A stretch of DNA of 64,000 bases, from positions 47,596-111,595 of the forward strand of contig JBILLK010000034.1 of NCBI GenBank assembly GCA_044376115.1, given 5' to 3'. The DNA comes from Polyangiaceae bacterium. Its GTDB lineage: Bacteria > Myxococcota_A > Polyangia > Polyangiales > Polyangiaceae. The notes beneath the pieces were generated by a model, which did not search any database, was not told the origin of the DNA, and was given only the letters and a program-made list of their open reading frames with translations. A program made the position numbers and the translations under genes. Positions 17,479 to 27,036 of the stretch are shown piece by piece. The stretch's first letter is position 1. Every line of letters starts with the position of its first letter.

Positions 17479-17748
17479 ATGGTGCCCCAAGAAGACGACG
17501 ACGATAGCCAAGACGTCGAAGAGTTAGTAAGCGCTGCGCGCGACGCAAAAGCTGAGGTCGAGGAAGCGTTTGAGGACGATGACGAGGACGTCATCATCGA
17601 AGCCGCGCGTGAGTTCTTCCGCCTGGTGGAAGCGATCGAAGACGACGGCAATGCTTCCGACAAGGACCTTCATAGCTTGCAAACGGCCGCAGCGGCGTTC
17701 CGCAGTGAGCTTTCATCGCGCGACATCTCGCTAGACGAAGAGGACTGA
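17479..17748 (+). CDS. Small, highly acidic hypothetical protein
   Basis: 89-aa D/E-rich, helical-looking ORF with a promoter-like element directly upstream. Confidence 0.65.
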   Translation: MVPQEDDDDSQDVEELVSAARDAKAEVEEAFEDDDEDVIIEAAREFFRLVEAIEDDGNASDKDLHSLQTAAAAFRSELSSRDISLDEED

Positions 17749-17788
17749 GCATCCTCTTGGAGAAGTACGGCGCAGGCCCGGTGGTCGT

Positions 17789-18271
17789 TCAACTTGGTTC
17801 GACGCACTCCATCCACGCGCCGCCCTTGTCCTGTTTCGGCTCGCAGGTGGTTCCCTGCGGGCATTCACAGTCCTCGGTGCAAAGAATGGCGCACAGCTGT
17901 TGTAGGACGAAGCCGGCGTTGTCCTGGCAGGTGTAGCCGCGTGGGCACACGGCGTTAGCGCAGTTGGTCCCGATCGCGGAGGCGTCCTCCGTAATCGGGC
18001 CGCAGGCTGCTCCGCCTGCTCCACCGATACCGCCAAGCCCACCCTCCCCGCCAGCCGCTTGGCCACCGCCACCTGCGGCCCCTACTCCGCTGCCACCCGC
18101 CGCTTGGCCGCCACTACCTGCGGCTCCGGCTCCGCCGCCGCCCGCTGTTTGGCCTCCGCCGCCAGCGGTCTGGCCGCCGCCGCCAGCCCCCGCGCCACCA
18201 GCGCCATCGTCTCCGCAGGCTGACCCGGTTACGAGCAGGAGACAAAGCACGGTACGGGTGATGTTTCGCAT
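17789..18271 (-). CDS. Gly-rich lipoprotein with C-terminal Cys-rich domain
   Basis: Lipobox GSAC-GDD, GGGGQ(T/A)A linker repeats and a Cys-rich C-terminus. Confidence 0.8.
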   Translation of the reverse strand: MRNITRTVLCLLLVTGSACGDDGAGGAGAGGGGQTAGGGGQTAGGGGAGAAGSGGQAAGGSGVGAAGGGGQAAGGEGGLGGIGGAGGAACGPITEDASAIGTNCANAVCPRGYTCQDNAGFVLQQLCAILCTEDCECPQGTTCEPKQDKGGAWMECVEPS

Positions 18272-18374
18272 GGGCCCAGCCTAGTGCTGCAGGCCGGATG
18301 TGTACACGCCTCGGCTGAGTGACTACCCTGCGCTGACGATGCCCGACGCATTTACCAGTGAAAGCTGATTGCCT

Positions 18375-19322
18375 ATGCGCTTATCGGACTTTCTATTGGG
18401 AGTTCTGCTCGGTTTTGGACTGAGCTCATGCGGCGACGGTTCCGGAGCGGCTGGCTCTAGCTCTGCCGCCTCGGTGTCCGGAGCTGTCGAAGTGGCTAGC
18501 ACTGGTTCAGCTACTCCGTCAGTAAGCGCGGCTCCCTCGGCTTCGGCAAGCGCTTTGCCGTCAGCTGCGTCCACTGCGGTGGTCACGGAGGAAGCTTGCC
18601 CGGCGGATATGGTGTTAGCTCAGGGGCTCTATTGCCCGGAGGTGGAACAGCGTTGTCTGCGGCATACGCGTGAGTGGGATGAGGCGCAGAAGCGGGCCGT
18701 GAAGGGTGAGAAGAGTCACGTGAGTGAACGGTGCCTGGAGTTTGCCAACTCCAAGTGCCTATCGAAAGAGCGGAAACCCATGCGGTTCTGCATCGATAAG
18801 CACGAGTGGCCGAATCAGCTCGGTCAGAAGCCCGCCTTCATGGTGACCTGGGGCTACGCGCAGGCTGCTTGCTCCAAGATCAATAAGCGCCTGTGTAGCG
18901 AGGCTGAATTTACCTTCGCCTGCGAAGGCGAGGAGATGTTGCCCTACGCCTACGGCCTGGTGCGGGATGAAAAGCGCTGCAACATAGACAAACCCTACGT
19001 TCAGCCTCGCTTTCGTTTACAGCCCTATGATGACTGCCTCAAGAGCCGGACCTGTAAGGCGCATATGGAGGAGTTGGATCAGCGCGAGGTCATCGGTGAT
19101 CGCCCTAACTGCAATTCGCCATTTGGGGCTTTTGACATCAATGGCAACGTCAATGAGTGGGTCACGATGCCAAACACGGAAGCCCCGTGGAGAAGCGGCC
19201 TGAAGGGCGGCTGGTGGGGGCCTTCTCGTTCTCGTTGCAGGCCGGTGGTGACTTCACACAATGAGAACTACGTCGGATATGAGGTCGGCTTCCGCTGCTG
19301 CCGTGACGCCGGCCGCTCCTGA
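18375..19322 (+). CDS. Formylglycine-generating enzyme (SUMF1/EgtB/PvdO) domain lipoprotein
   Basis: Lipobox LSSC; CPADMV, FCIDKHE, KRLCSEAEF..AC, SPFGAFDINGNVNEW and GFRCC motifs. Confidence 0.88.
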   Translation: MRLSDFLLGVLLGFGLSSCGDGSGAAGSSSAASVSGAVEVASTGSATPSVSAAPSASASALPSAASTAVVTEEACPADMVLAQGLYCPEVEQRCLRHTREWDEAQKRAVKGEKSHVSERCLEFANSKCLSKERKPMRFCIDKHEWPNQLGQKPAFMVTWGYAQAACSKINKRLCSEAEFTFACEGEEMLPYAYGLVRDEKRCNIDKPYVQPRFRLQPYDDCLKSRTCKAHMEELDQREVIGDRPNCNSPFGAFDINGNVNEWVTMPNTEAPWRSGLKGGWWGPSRSRCRPVVTSHNENYVGYEVGFRCCRDAGRS

Positions 19323-21239
19323 TCAGTCTGCGGCGAGTTGTTCCTTCTCTTTGGTGCGAGTCCGTGCGCACGCTCTGGCTTGCTCGGGGTTCGGGCTGCC
19401 AAGCCGTAGCTCTCTACGGCGATCCCAGGCGATCTCCCAAAGGGCCCGGCAGGCGTCCCCAGCCCCAAATCGAGCGATGGTTGGGTCGGCGCCCAGCACG
19501 CGAATCAGCACAGACCGGGCGTTGTAAGCAATATGCGGTTCATCCGCCAAGGCTCGGAATAACTCCCAGCTACCGCGCGCATCGACGCCGGGGACCTGAT
19601 AACCGCGCGTTGCGAACCCCTGCAATACCCAGCTATCCCGCGGCGCCCAACGCAGTGGCTTACCGGGCTTACCCAACGTTTGCGCGAATGCCGCGTAGCC
19701 GGTGCGCGCGCGCCGAAGTGCGTCGGCGTCCTTGGCGTCACCCAGCAGGCGAAGGTTGGTGATGTAGGCGAGCGCCTCGGCTGCGCGTTGGATCGCTCCC
19801 TCGTCGGTCCCCTCGAGCTCAACCAACAGCGGACGCAATACGTGTTCGGATTCAACCGTACGTGCCGCTCGCACCGCGAGATCGGCAAGCCCGCGTCGAT
19901 TGATAAAGCTCGTCTCGATCAACGGCGGATTGAGCAGTCGAGCCGAATAGTCGGGTATCGTGTTGGCCGCAGGCAACTTGAGGAACGGCCGCACGGTTAC
20001 CGCCTCCCCCGTTGGGCCGCCATGAAAGGCCTCCAGCACATCGCGGAGCAGTTCCCCGCTCGTTGGTCCGCCGAGCAGCCCGGCCGCTTCGATGATCTGC
20101 GCGAGCACGTTCGGGTCGTCCTCTGCGCGAAATTGCCGAACCAACGCCTCCGCGTATTGTCGGTCGCCCGATTGACCCATGAGCAACACCGCCGCTCGGC
20201 GCACCTCGGCCTCGCGATCGCTAAGCGAGGGGAGCGCTTGCGCGAGCGCTGCCGCATCGCCGACGAAGACGAGCCGCAACAGCGCTCGCTTGCGGTCTTC
20301 GGCTACCGGGGACTTAAGCTGGGAGAGGGCGGTTGCGCGTGCTTTCTGTTCTTCGTCGACATGACGGCGCGCCCGCTCATGAATGAAGCCGATGTCCTTG
20401 CAGCCGCAGGCCGCGTCGAGCTTTCCGCAGTAAATGCGGAGGTGAAGGTGATCATCGTGGGGCGCCGCACCCATCGGTTGGCGCAATAGCTCCGCCGCGT
20501 ACTCAATGAACTTGGCGGGTTCGCCGCTCGCCTTGGCATGCTCCAAGAGCTTCTTCTTCAGGCTGTCGCTAATAAACAGATATTGGATGCTCGTCCCCTC
20601 GAACTGCAGCAGCGCCTTGACGACCTTCCACGTGCGCGCGGCGTCGAAGCCCAGCTTGCGGTCCGCGGATAACCCGTCATGTCCAAGCGGAACCAAGTCC
20701 GGCGGATCCACAGGCTTCTTGCTAACGGCGTCGACATAGGCAAACGCAATATCGGCGTCGCGGCCCGCGTTGTGGCTTACCGACCACTCGATATCACCAC
20801 CGTACTTTCGGCCTAGGTTGCCCACCCACAGCGCGGTCTTGGTCTCGCGATAGAGCTGCTTCCCCGCATGATCGAGCAGCTCGACGAGCTCGCTGGTGCC
20901 ATAGCGAAGATCGCGAGCGCGCTGCTTCGGTAGAATCTTGAGCGATTCGGACTCGCGCAGGCTCGCGCCGTTGACCACCATGCCGTGCGTGGTGTCACCG
21001 ATCGACACCGCCCGATCGGTTGGCTCGCCCGGTAGGAAGGGGAAGCTCGGCGTTGCCGGCGGATCCTCCACTGGCGGGAGCTCAATGAGCTCGGGAGCGA
21101 CCGAGGAGACGGCCTGTGCGCTCGCGCTTTCAGTCAACGAAGGCCCTTCAGCGGAGGAGGCGCTCTCGGAGGGTGCCGGGCTGCACGCAGTCAGGGCAAG
21201 GATGGTCAGGACGCCGCTCTGGGCGCGGGCTCGCGGCAC
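19323..21239 (-). CDS. Penicillin-insensitive murein endopeptidase (MepA-like) fused to HEAT-like repeats, lipoprotein
   Basis: Lipobox LTAC; SIG....G...NG, YGT..LV, SHNAGRDADI and HDDHLHLR zinc motifs; C-terminal L.D....VRRAA helical repeats. Confidence 0.85.
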   Translation of the reverse strand: MPRARAQSGVLTILALTACSPAPSESASSAEGPSLTESASAQAVSSVAPELIELPPVEDPPATPSFPFLPGEPTDRAVSIGDTTHGMVVNGASLRESESLKILPKQRARDLRYGTSELVELLDHAGKQLYRETKTALWVGNLGRKYGGDIEWSVSHNAGRDADIAFAYVDAVSKKPVDPPDLVPLGHDGLSADRKLGFDAARTWKVVKALLQFEGTSIQYLFISDSLKKKLLEHAKASGEPAKFIEYAAELLRQPMGAAPHDDHLHLRIYCGKLDAACGCKDIGFIHERARRHVDEEQKARATALSQLKSPVAEDRKRALLRLVFVGDAAALAQALPSLSDREAEVRRAAVLLMGQSGDRQYAEALVRQFRAEDDPNVLAQIIEAAGLLGGPTSGELLRDVLEAFHGGPTGEAVTVRPFLKLPAANTIPDYSARLLNPPLIETSFINRRGLADLAVRAARTVESEHVLRPLLVELEGTDEGAIQRAAEALAYITNLRLLGDAKDADALRRARTGYAAFAQTLGKPGKPLRWAPRDSWVLQGFATRGYQVPGVDARGSWELFRALADEPHIAYNARSVLIRVLGADPTIARFGAGDACRALWEIAWDRRRELRLGSPNPEQARACARTRTKEKEQLAAD

Positions 21240-21404
21240 GCGCGGAGTTTACTCTTTTGCGATGTCGATCGTCTGCTTGTTCGTGGCACGCCCTCCATGG
21301 CTGCCGCAACAGCCTCGCAAGCACTGACGTGGCGAGGCGCCGTTTGCTACAGTTCGCAAATCTTGTTGCCCTCCGCCCCCAAGTCGCCAACCGCGCGACG
21401 GCTG

Positions 21405-22454
21405 ATGAACGTGTTGCTTGGTGCGCTGGGCGTATCGCTCGGATGCGCCTCTCCGGCCCAGCCGCTACCGAAGGAAGCGATGGGGCGTTTGCCCTCGGGG
21501 ACCACGACCGCCGTTCCAGAGTGGCTGCCGACCAGGGTCTTCAGCGGTGAAGCGATTGCCCTGGCGCCTGGCGAGGAGCGGCTCGCCAATGCGCGACGTC
21601 TCACGACCGGTTATGCCGTGACCGCGACAGCCTTTGCCGCTGACGGTAGCAGCGCCTTCTTCGTTGGGCGCGAGGCAAAAGCGGCCGCGCAGACGCTCTC
21701 TCTCTACCGCGTGGCTCTGGCTACCTCGCCCGGCAAATCCGCAGATCTCGTGCGAGTGTCGGCCGCAGAGGAAGACGTCGTCGACTTGGCGGTCGGGCCT
21801 GAGGGCGTGCTCTATCGCGTACGTTCGGGCGAGTGGCTGACGCGCGAGGAGGACAAGTCGAAGCCTGTTCCAGCGCTGGTTGGGGCCGAGTTTGTCGCGT
21901 TCCCCGCGCGTTCTGCCGGTCCGGTCGCGCTGGGCGCGCTTGCCCGTAGTGGTGAGGCTATCGAACGCGCGGTGTCGTTTCCGATGGCGAAGGCGCCAGG
22001 TGGTGAACGCAGCTTTAGTGGCCCTTGGGCTGGGGTTCGTCCCGCCGTTTCGCGAGATGGGGAAAGCCTGGCGTTCGGCGTTCCGAAAGACGCTTGCAAC
22101 AAGGAGAAGTCGCGAGCCAAAGGCCCTCACGCTTGTGACGCCGCGCACGGCATTGCCCTCGTAAGTAGAGAGGGCCGCGGGCGCACGGACGTGCTGACCT
22201 TGGGCCCCTACCAAGTTGCGGATCTGGCCTTTGTGCCTGGGCACGAGGCCCTGCTGTTTACGTCGGACCGAGACCGTGAGGCGTCGGAGCTCTATCTGTT
22301 ACCGCTGTCTGGAGACCGCCAGTTGTTGCGGCTGACCTTTGCTGGCGCTCGCGCGTTGGCTGTCTCTTCGGATGGGCGCAAGCTGCTGTTCGCTTCGCAG
22401 CGTGCGGGGGAGAGCGCGGATCTGTTTCTTGCGTCGTTGGTCGAGGCCTTGTGA
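21405..22454 (+). CDS. TolB/PD40-like beta-propeller lipoprotein
   Basis: Lipobox VSLGC after ATG 21405 (ORF track starts at 21297); LLFTSDR....ELY, SSDGRKLLFASQR. Confidence 0.6.
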   Translation: MNVLLGALGVSLGCASPAQPLPKEAMGRLPSGTTTAVPEWLPTRVFSGEAIALAPGEERLANARRLTTGYAVTATAFAADGSSAFFVGREAKAAAQTLSLYRVALATSPGKSADLVRVSAAEEDVVDLAVGPEGVLYRVRSGEWLTREEDKSKPVPALVGAEFVAFPARSAGPVALGALARSGEAIERAVSFPMAKAPGGERSFSGPWAGVRPAVSRDGESLAFGVPKDACNKEKSRAKGPHACDAAHGIALVSREGRGRTDVLTLGPYQVADLAFVPGHEALLFTSDRDREASELYLLPLSGDRQLLRLTFAGARALAVSSDGRKLLFASQRAGESADLFLASLVEAL

Positions 22455-25400
22455 GGCGCCGGTTTCACTTCGCTCTCGCCTGCGGTCTCGCTGCCTGTAG
22501 CGGCGCGCCCGCGGTGGTTGGCACAGTCAAAGTAGAGAAGGCGGCCCCCGCGTTAGCGGTGCGCTCCCCCGCTCGTTGGTTGGTGTTCCCGCCTGTTGCT
22601 GGGGAGCCGCGCGCGCTCCTCTCTCTTGACGATAAGACCTGCCTGGTGACGACCGATGATGGGCAACGTTGGTTGGTTGAACGTGAAGCCGGGTCGAGTG
22701 GTTGCAAAGGCAAGGCGCAGGCGAGCGGAAGCCCAGCTTTGGAGGGGTTGGCCTTTGCATCGCGACGCGATGACGGCTTTCGCTTCATCAGCGACGGGGG
22801 TGTGCTCTACACCAGTCGAACGCCGACGGGGGCCTTCGAATCAGCCGTAAAACCGCCTGAGCCGCTGCGTTTGGTAGAGGCCTCGGGCGACGTCGTGATG
22901 GGCGTCAGTCATCGTGGTGCGGTCTATCACTTCAGCGAAGAGTGGCGCGCCGCCGAGTTGCCGAATCAAGTGCGTGGGCTCGATCTCGGCATCGCGAAAG
23001 ATGGCTCGGTGCTGCTCCTGGGGCTCCCGGAGCAGCTGCTCGTTTCGCGCGATGCGGGTCGCTCATTTGGGTCTTTCTCGGGGGCGCAGCCAAAGTCGTT
23101 CGGAGCTCATTCAATCGCTCAGAACGTGCTCGGCGAGCCGCTCGTAACGGGCGTTAGCGGCGCTCTAACGTTCAAAGACGGCCAGCTGCTGCCGACCCGT
23201 GAGGTCGCCCGCGAGGTGAGCACGCTCGACGTAGCGCTGAGTCCGGTTAGCGGGCCGAACTTGGATGCGATCGCGCTCAAGCGGGCCACGGTCGATGGCA
23301 GCCTCTATGTGGAGCTCAGCAGCGAGGACGGCATGCCCACCCTCTTGACTGGGCCCTTTGCGGGCGAACTCCAACGCGCACCGCTCGAGGCGCTGTCGAG
23401 CTGCTCCAGTCTCAAGCTCGCGGCCAAGGAGGGCACGGTCGTGATTGGCTGTTTCGCTCCGGATGATGGCGAGTCGAAGGTGGCTTTTTACAGCACTTCG
23501 GATCGCGGTAAGAGCTTGATTCGCGGCGTCGATCTATTGGTTCCGGTGCCGGACTTCTTCGACTTCGACATCGACGCGAGCGGTGCCCTTCTAGTCGTTG
23601 GGGCGTGTAGAGCCGAGAGCCCGGAGAAACAGAAGGAAGCGAGCGGCATGCTCGAGGAGGCTGCCGTGTCAGCGGCTCCCCTCGGCTGCGCCCCGCGCGC
23701 GCCAATCGTGGTGCGCGGAACGAGCGTCACCGTGGGCGCGGCTCCTGACGCCGAAGCCGGCACCTTGCGCTCCCCGCGCTTCTCTCGGGAAGGCCGCTTG
23801 GCCTACGCGCTCGGGCGCAAACGCCGCACTGCAGAGCCAGCCGTGTTTGTCTCCCGAGACGGTGGGCGCAGCTATCGCGCCCGCGTGATCGAGAACCCGA
23901 GCGCCGGCTGGGATGCGAATGAAGAACCCGGAGAGCCTTCGGACCAAGGCTTCTACGTGGACTCGGAGACCGAGCTGACGATGGACGAGTCTGGCCTGGT
24001 CGGGATGCGTTGCGCGCGGGGCGCGGGAGAATGTTGGCTCACCTTCGACTCGGAGGGCCGGGTCGCCAACATCGGGCAAGCGCCGGAGCTGCTGAGTTTG
24101 GTGTTGGGGCGAGGCGCCCGCGTGTTTGGCCTAAGCGCCGAAACAGGCGTCCTCAAGGGCTTCGAGTCGTTGGATGGCGGGGCTTCTTGGAGTGAGGTCA
24201 GCCTCTCCGACGCGCTCCGTGAGAACGTCCTCAACGGTGGTGGCGCTTGCTTCGCTTCGGGCTGCGTCTTCAGCTCTGGGCTCGTACGCGAAGGCTGGGA
24301 GGGCCAGGAAGAAAAGCCTGTCGTCGCAAGCGAGGCTTTCGTCCCCCAAGGTCGATCTCCGACGATCGGTTTGCCCTTCGCCTGCGAGGTCCCGGCCAAG
24401 GCCGAGGTCACGCGCATTCTAGGCCGCGGCGAGGAGCGCGGTGGGAGCTTGCAATGGAGCCCCGCGCTACCGCGTCTGCGCGACCTGGGCCGAGGAAAGA
24501 CGGCTTTTAGCGTGCTGGCGGTGACGCCCGAGGGCGCTGTGGACGTTCACTCGATGCCAGCTCCCGATACGAGCCCCAAGTCGTTGGGCTTCACAAAAAG
24601 AACGTTGCTGAAGCCGCCCAAGGCCAAGGCTTTGACGACACAAACGGTGCGCTGGCAGATAGAGGGCTATGCTGCCGTGCGCGCCACGGTGCCAACCACC
24701 AAAGGCTCCTTCGACCCGTCGAAGAAGCTCAGCGGTCTCGAGGTTGCTTGGCAAAATCAGTTCAGCAATACGACGCTCGAGAAGCGAGTCGACTTGGACG
24801 TCAATTGGTCGTCTGCGCTGACCGTTGGCTCGTCATTGCGGTTACAACAAGTGTCGGTGGCGGGAGTCGGGCTTTTCGTGCAGCCCTCAGCCAGTTCGAA
24901 CGGTTGGTTCGTAACGGCTCAAGGTCTCGCACCGTTCGAAGTCCCCAACGTGCGATCGCGTGTGACGGATCGCGGTTCTCTGGGCGTGCTCGACACCCTC
25001 GCCTTGGGCTCGACTCCGTTCTCGGTCGCCTTCCTGACGCGCGAACAAGCCTCGATCGTGGCCTTTGCGCCCCTCAGCGAGCCTCGTACGAAGTCCGCGG
25101 ATGGGCCGCAGGTGTCTGCCTTAGCGTTCGCTTCGGAAGGCGCGCTGATGGGCTACACCTATCGCGGTTCCACGGTCGGAATAACGGCGATTGAGACGAT
25201 GCCTGACGACCCTTCCGAGGAGGCGCGCGCCTTTGCTGCGTTCTTCGAAGACGGCGCGTTGGGGGCTCGTGTGGAGCTCCCTTCGTTGGAGGATTTGCCG
25301 GCGCGACCGCGAGCCTGTTCACTCGAGGAGCGGCTGTCGACGCCGCGCTCGGTGGTGCCGTTCTTTGCGCCGAACAACTTGCCCCTGTTTGCTGAGCCGC

Positions 25401-25738
25401 GCTCCCCGGTCGTGGTCCAAGACTCATCCGGCGCCAGCGCTTCGCTGACGGCTTCGATGCTCACCGGCCCGCAATGGATGCTGCTTGATGGCGCGGTGCT
25501 TTACGGCAGCCGCAAAGACCCGTGCGTTGCGTTTTATCGCGCGTCCGGGCTGCGCTTGGGCTCTGTGGCGGTGATCAGCGGCGATTTGCAGAAGGCGTGG
25601 CTTCTGCAAACGGTCAACACGCCGCAAGGTGGTAGCGTCGAGGTCAAGCCCATGGCTTGCCGGACTCAGCCCGACCTGCCGCTCCCGCAAGAGGTCTTTC
25701 ACCGTGTCGGGCATCGTCTTCCGGACGACCTGTTCTAG
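22451..25738 (+). CDS. Large lipoprotein with BNR/Asp-box repeats
   Basis: Lipobox LAAC; Asp-box motifs SRDAGRSF, SRDGGRSY and SLDGGASW; GTGA overlap with the upstream gene. Confidence 0.7.
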   Translation: MRRRFHFALACGLAACSGAPAVVGTVKVEKAAPALAVRSPARWLVFPPVAGEPRALLSLDDKTCLVTTDDGQRWLVEREAGSSGCKGKAQASGSPALEGLAFASRRDDGFRFISDGGVLYTSRTPTGAFESAVKPPEPLRLVEASGDVVMGVSHRGAVYHFSEEWRAAELPNQVRGLDLGIAKDGSVLLLGLPEQLLVSRDAGRSFGSFSGAQPKSFGAHSIAQNVLGEPLVTGVSGALTFKDGQLLPTREVAREVSTLDVALSPVSGPNLDAIALKRATVDGSLYVELSSEDGMPTLLTGPFAGELQRAPLEALSSCSSLKLAAKEGTVVIGCFAPDDGESKVAFYSTSDRGKSLIRGVDLLVPVPDFFDFDIDASGALLVVGACRAESPEKQKEASGMLEEAAVSAAPLGCAPRAPIVVRGTSVTVGAAPDAEAGTLRSPRFSREGRLAYALGRKRRTAEPAVFVSRDGGRSYRARVIENPSAGWDANEEPGEPSDQGFYVDSETELTMDESGLVGMRCARGAGECWLTFDSEGRVANIGQAPELLSLVLGRGARVFGLSAETGVLKGFESLDGGASWSEVSLSDALRENVLNGGGACFASGCVFSSGLVREGWEGQEEKPVVASEAFVPQGRSPTIGLPFACEVPAKAEVTRILGRGEERGGSLQWSPALPRLRDLGRGKTAFSVLAVTPEGAVDVHSMPAPDTSPKSLGFTKRTLLKPPKAKALTTQTVRWQIEGYAAVRATVPTTKGSFDPSKKLSGLEVAWQNQFSNTTLEKRVDLDVNWSSALTVGSSLRLQQVSVAGVGLFVQPSASSNGWFVTAQGLAPFEVPNVRSRVTDRGSLGVLDTLALGSTPFSVAFLTREQASIVAFAPLSEPRTKSADGPQVSALAFASEGALMGYTYRGSTVGITAIETMPDDPSEEARAFAAFFEDGALGARVELPSLEDLPARPRACSLEERLSTPRSVVPFFAPNNLPLFAEPRSPVVVQDSSGASASLTASMLTGPQWMLLDGAVLYGSRKDPCVAFYRASGLRLGSVAVISGDLQKAWLLQTVNTPQGGSVEVKPMACRTQPDLPLPQEVFHRVGHRLPDDLF

Positions 25739-25784
25739 GCCGGATCCCTTGCTCCCACCGCAAACGTGAGGGTAAGGTGCCGAG

Positions 25785-26648
25785 GTGAGAAGTCGTCCCG
25801 GGCGCCGTCGCCTCAATCTCCGCAAGACTCTCTTTCTCTTGCCGAACCTGGTGACGGTCACTGCCATCTTTTGCGGCTTTGACTCCATTCGGCTGTCGGC
25901 TGCGGCCACTAGCGAGGATGACCTCTATCGAGCCGCGCTGCTGATCGTGTTCGCTATGTTCTTCGACATGATGGACGGCCGCGTCGCGCGCATGACCAAG
26001 ACGCAGAGCGCGTTCGGCCTGCAGATTGACTCTCTGGCCGACGTGATCTCCTTCGGCGTCGCACCGGCGATCCTGGTCTATTCTTGGACGCTCAAACGCT
26101 TCGGCTTGGCTGGCCTTTTGGCGAGCTTCCTTTTCTGCGCTTGTGCCGCCATTCGGCTCGCGCGGTTCAACGTGCTCACGATGGGCGAGGATGGCAAACC
26201 AAGCGTCCCATCCAAGTACTTTTTGGGCCTGCCCACTCCCGGGGCAGCCGGGATCTTGGTCTCCCTCGTGGTGGCGAACCACGCTGTCGGCGGGGCTTTC
26301 GGCGCGGGGGAGTACGCTTCGTTCATTCTCGCGATCACCGTTGCGCTGGCCTGTTTGATGGTTTCCAACGTCGAGTTCCGGACCTTCAAAGACGTCCGTT
26401 TGAACCTGCACACAGCCGCGTTCATCGGCTTTGCCGTGCTTTCCAGCGCCGTGATCTCGACGCAGCTCAAGCCCGCCTTCGTGTTGGTCTGGTTGCTCGG
26501 CTTCTATGTATTGCTCGGCTTATGTGAAACGTTGTGGCGCCTGCCCACAAAACTGCGCGCGAAGGCAGAGGCGGCCCGAGCGGAGGACGCGCAACTGTCT
26601 TCGGCTACGTCCCTTCAGGTCATCCAACGAGGTGAGTCAAAGCCGTGA
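25785..26648 (+). CDS. pssA: CDP-diacylglycerol--serine O-phosphatidyltransferase
   Basis: LPNLVT, FDMMDGRVAR...SAFG.QIDSLADVISFGVAPA, IRLARFN and FLGLPTP motifs. Confidence 0.93.
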   Translation: MRSRPGRRRLNLRKTLFLLPNLVTVTAIFCGFDSIRLSAAATSEDDLYRAALLIVFAMFFDMMDGRVARMTKTQSAFGLQIDSLADVISFGVAPAILVYSWTLKRFGLAGLLASFLFCACAAIRLARFNVLTMGEDGKPSVPSKYFLGLPTPGAAGILVSLVVANHAVGGAFGAGEYASFILAITVALACLMVSNVEFRTFKDVRLNLHTAAFIGFAVLSSAVISTQLKPAFVLVWLLGFYVLLGLCETLWRLPTKLRAKAEAARAEDAQLSSATSLQVIQRGESKP

Positions 26649-27028
26649 GGAACCGAATATTCTTCCCCCAGGAAACGCTCGACATTTGGGTCGCCTCGGA
26701 CTGTGTGGACTTCTCCTTCGAGGAGCTGCTGCTGAAGGGTGAAAATCGTCGTTATCGCACGATTGAGGCCGTCCGGGTGGTCGAGGAGGTCGCAGGAGGG
26801 GGAGACCCCAACGAGCTGATCGGAAAGGTGAAGTCGCGAGCCTATTTGGCGGAGCTCGGCGCAGAGATCCTCGAGGGGTCGATGGTTATCGGCGATAGCG
26901 CCTATGACATTGTGCCCGGCTTCGCCGGCGAGCCGATCGGCTCGATTGAGGACCACCGACTGCAGAATCCAGACTCTTCCGGCACCGATGAAGAGATCCT
27001 CGCGGCCTTCATCGCGAAGGCAACGTAG
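26645..27028 (+). CDS. Conserved-looking hypothetical protein
   Basis: 127-aa ORF coupled to pssA by a GTGA overlap; D...LIGKVK...L..LGAE....S...GD.AY...PGF pattern. Confidence 0.7.
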   Translation: MRNRIFFPQETLDIWVASDCVDFSFEELLLKGENRRYRTIEAVRVVEEVAGGGDPNELIGKVKSRAYLAELGAEILEGSMVIGDSAYDIVPGFAGEPIGSIEDHRLQNPDSSGTDEEILAAFIAKAT

Positions 27029-27036
27029 GATTCATC

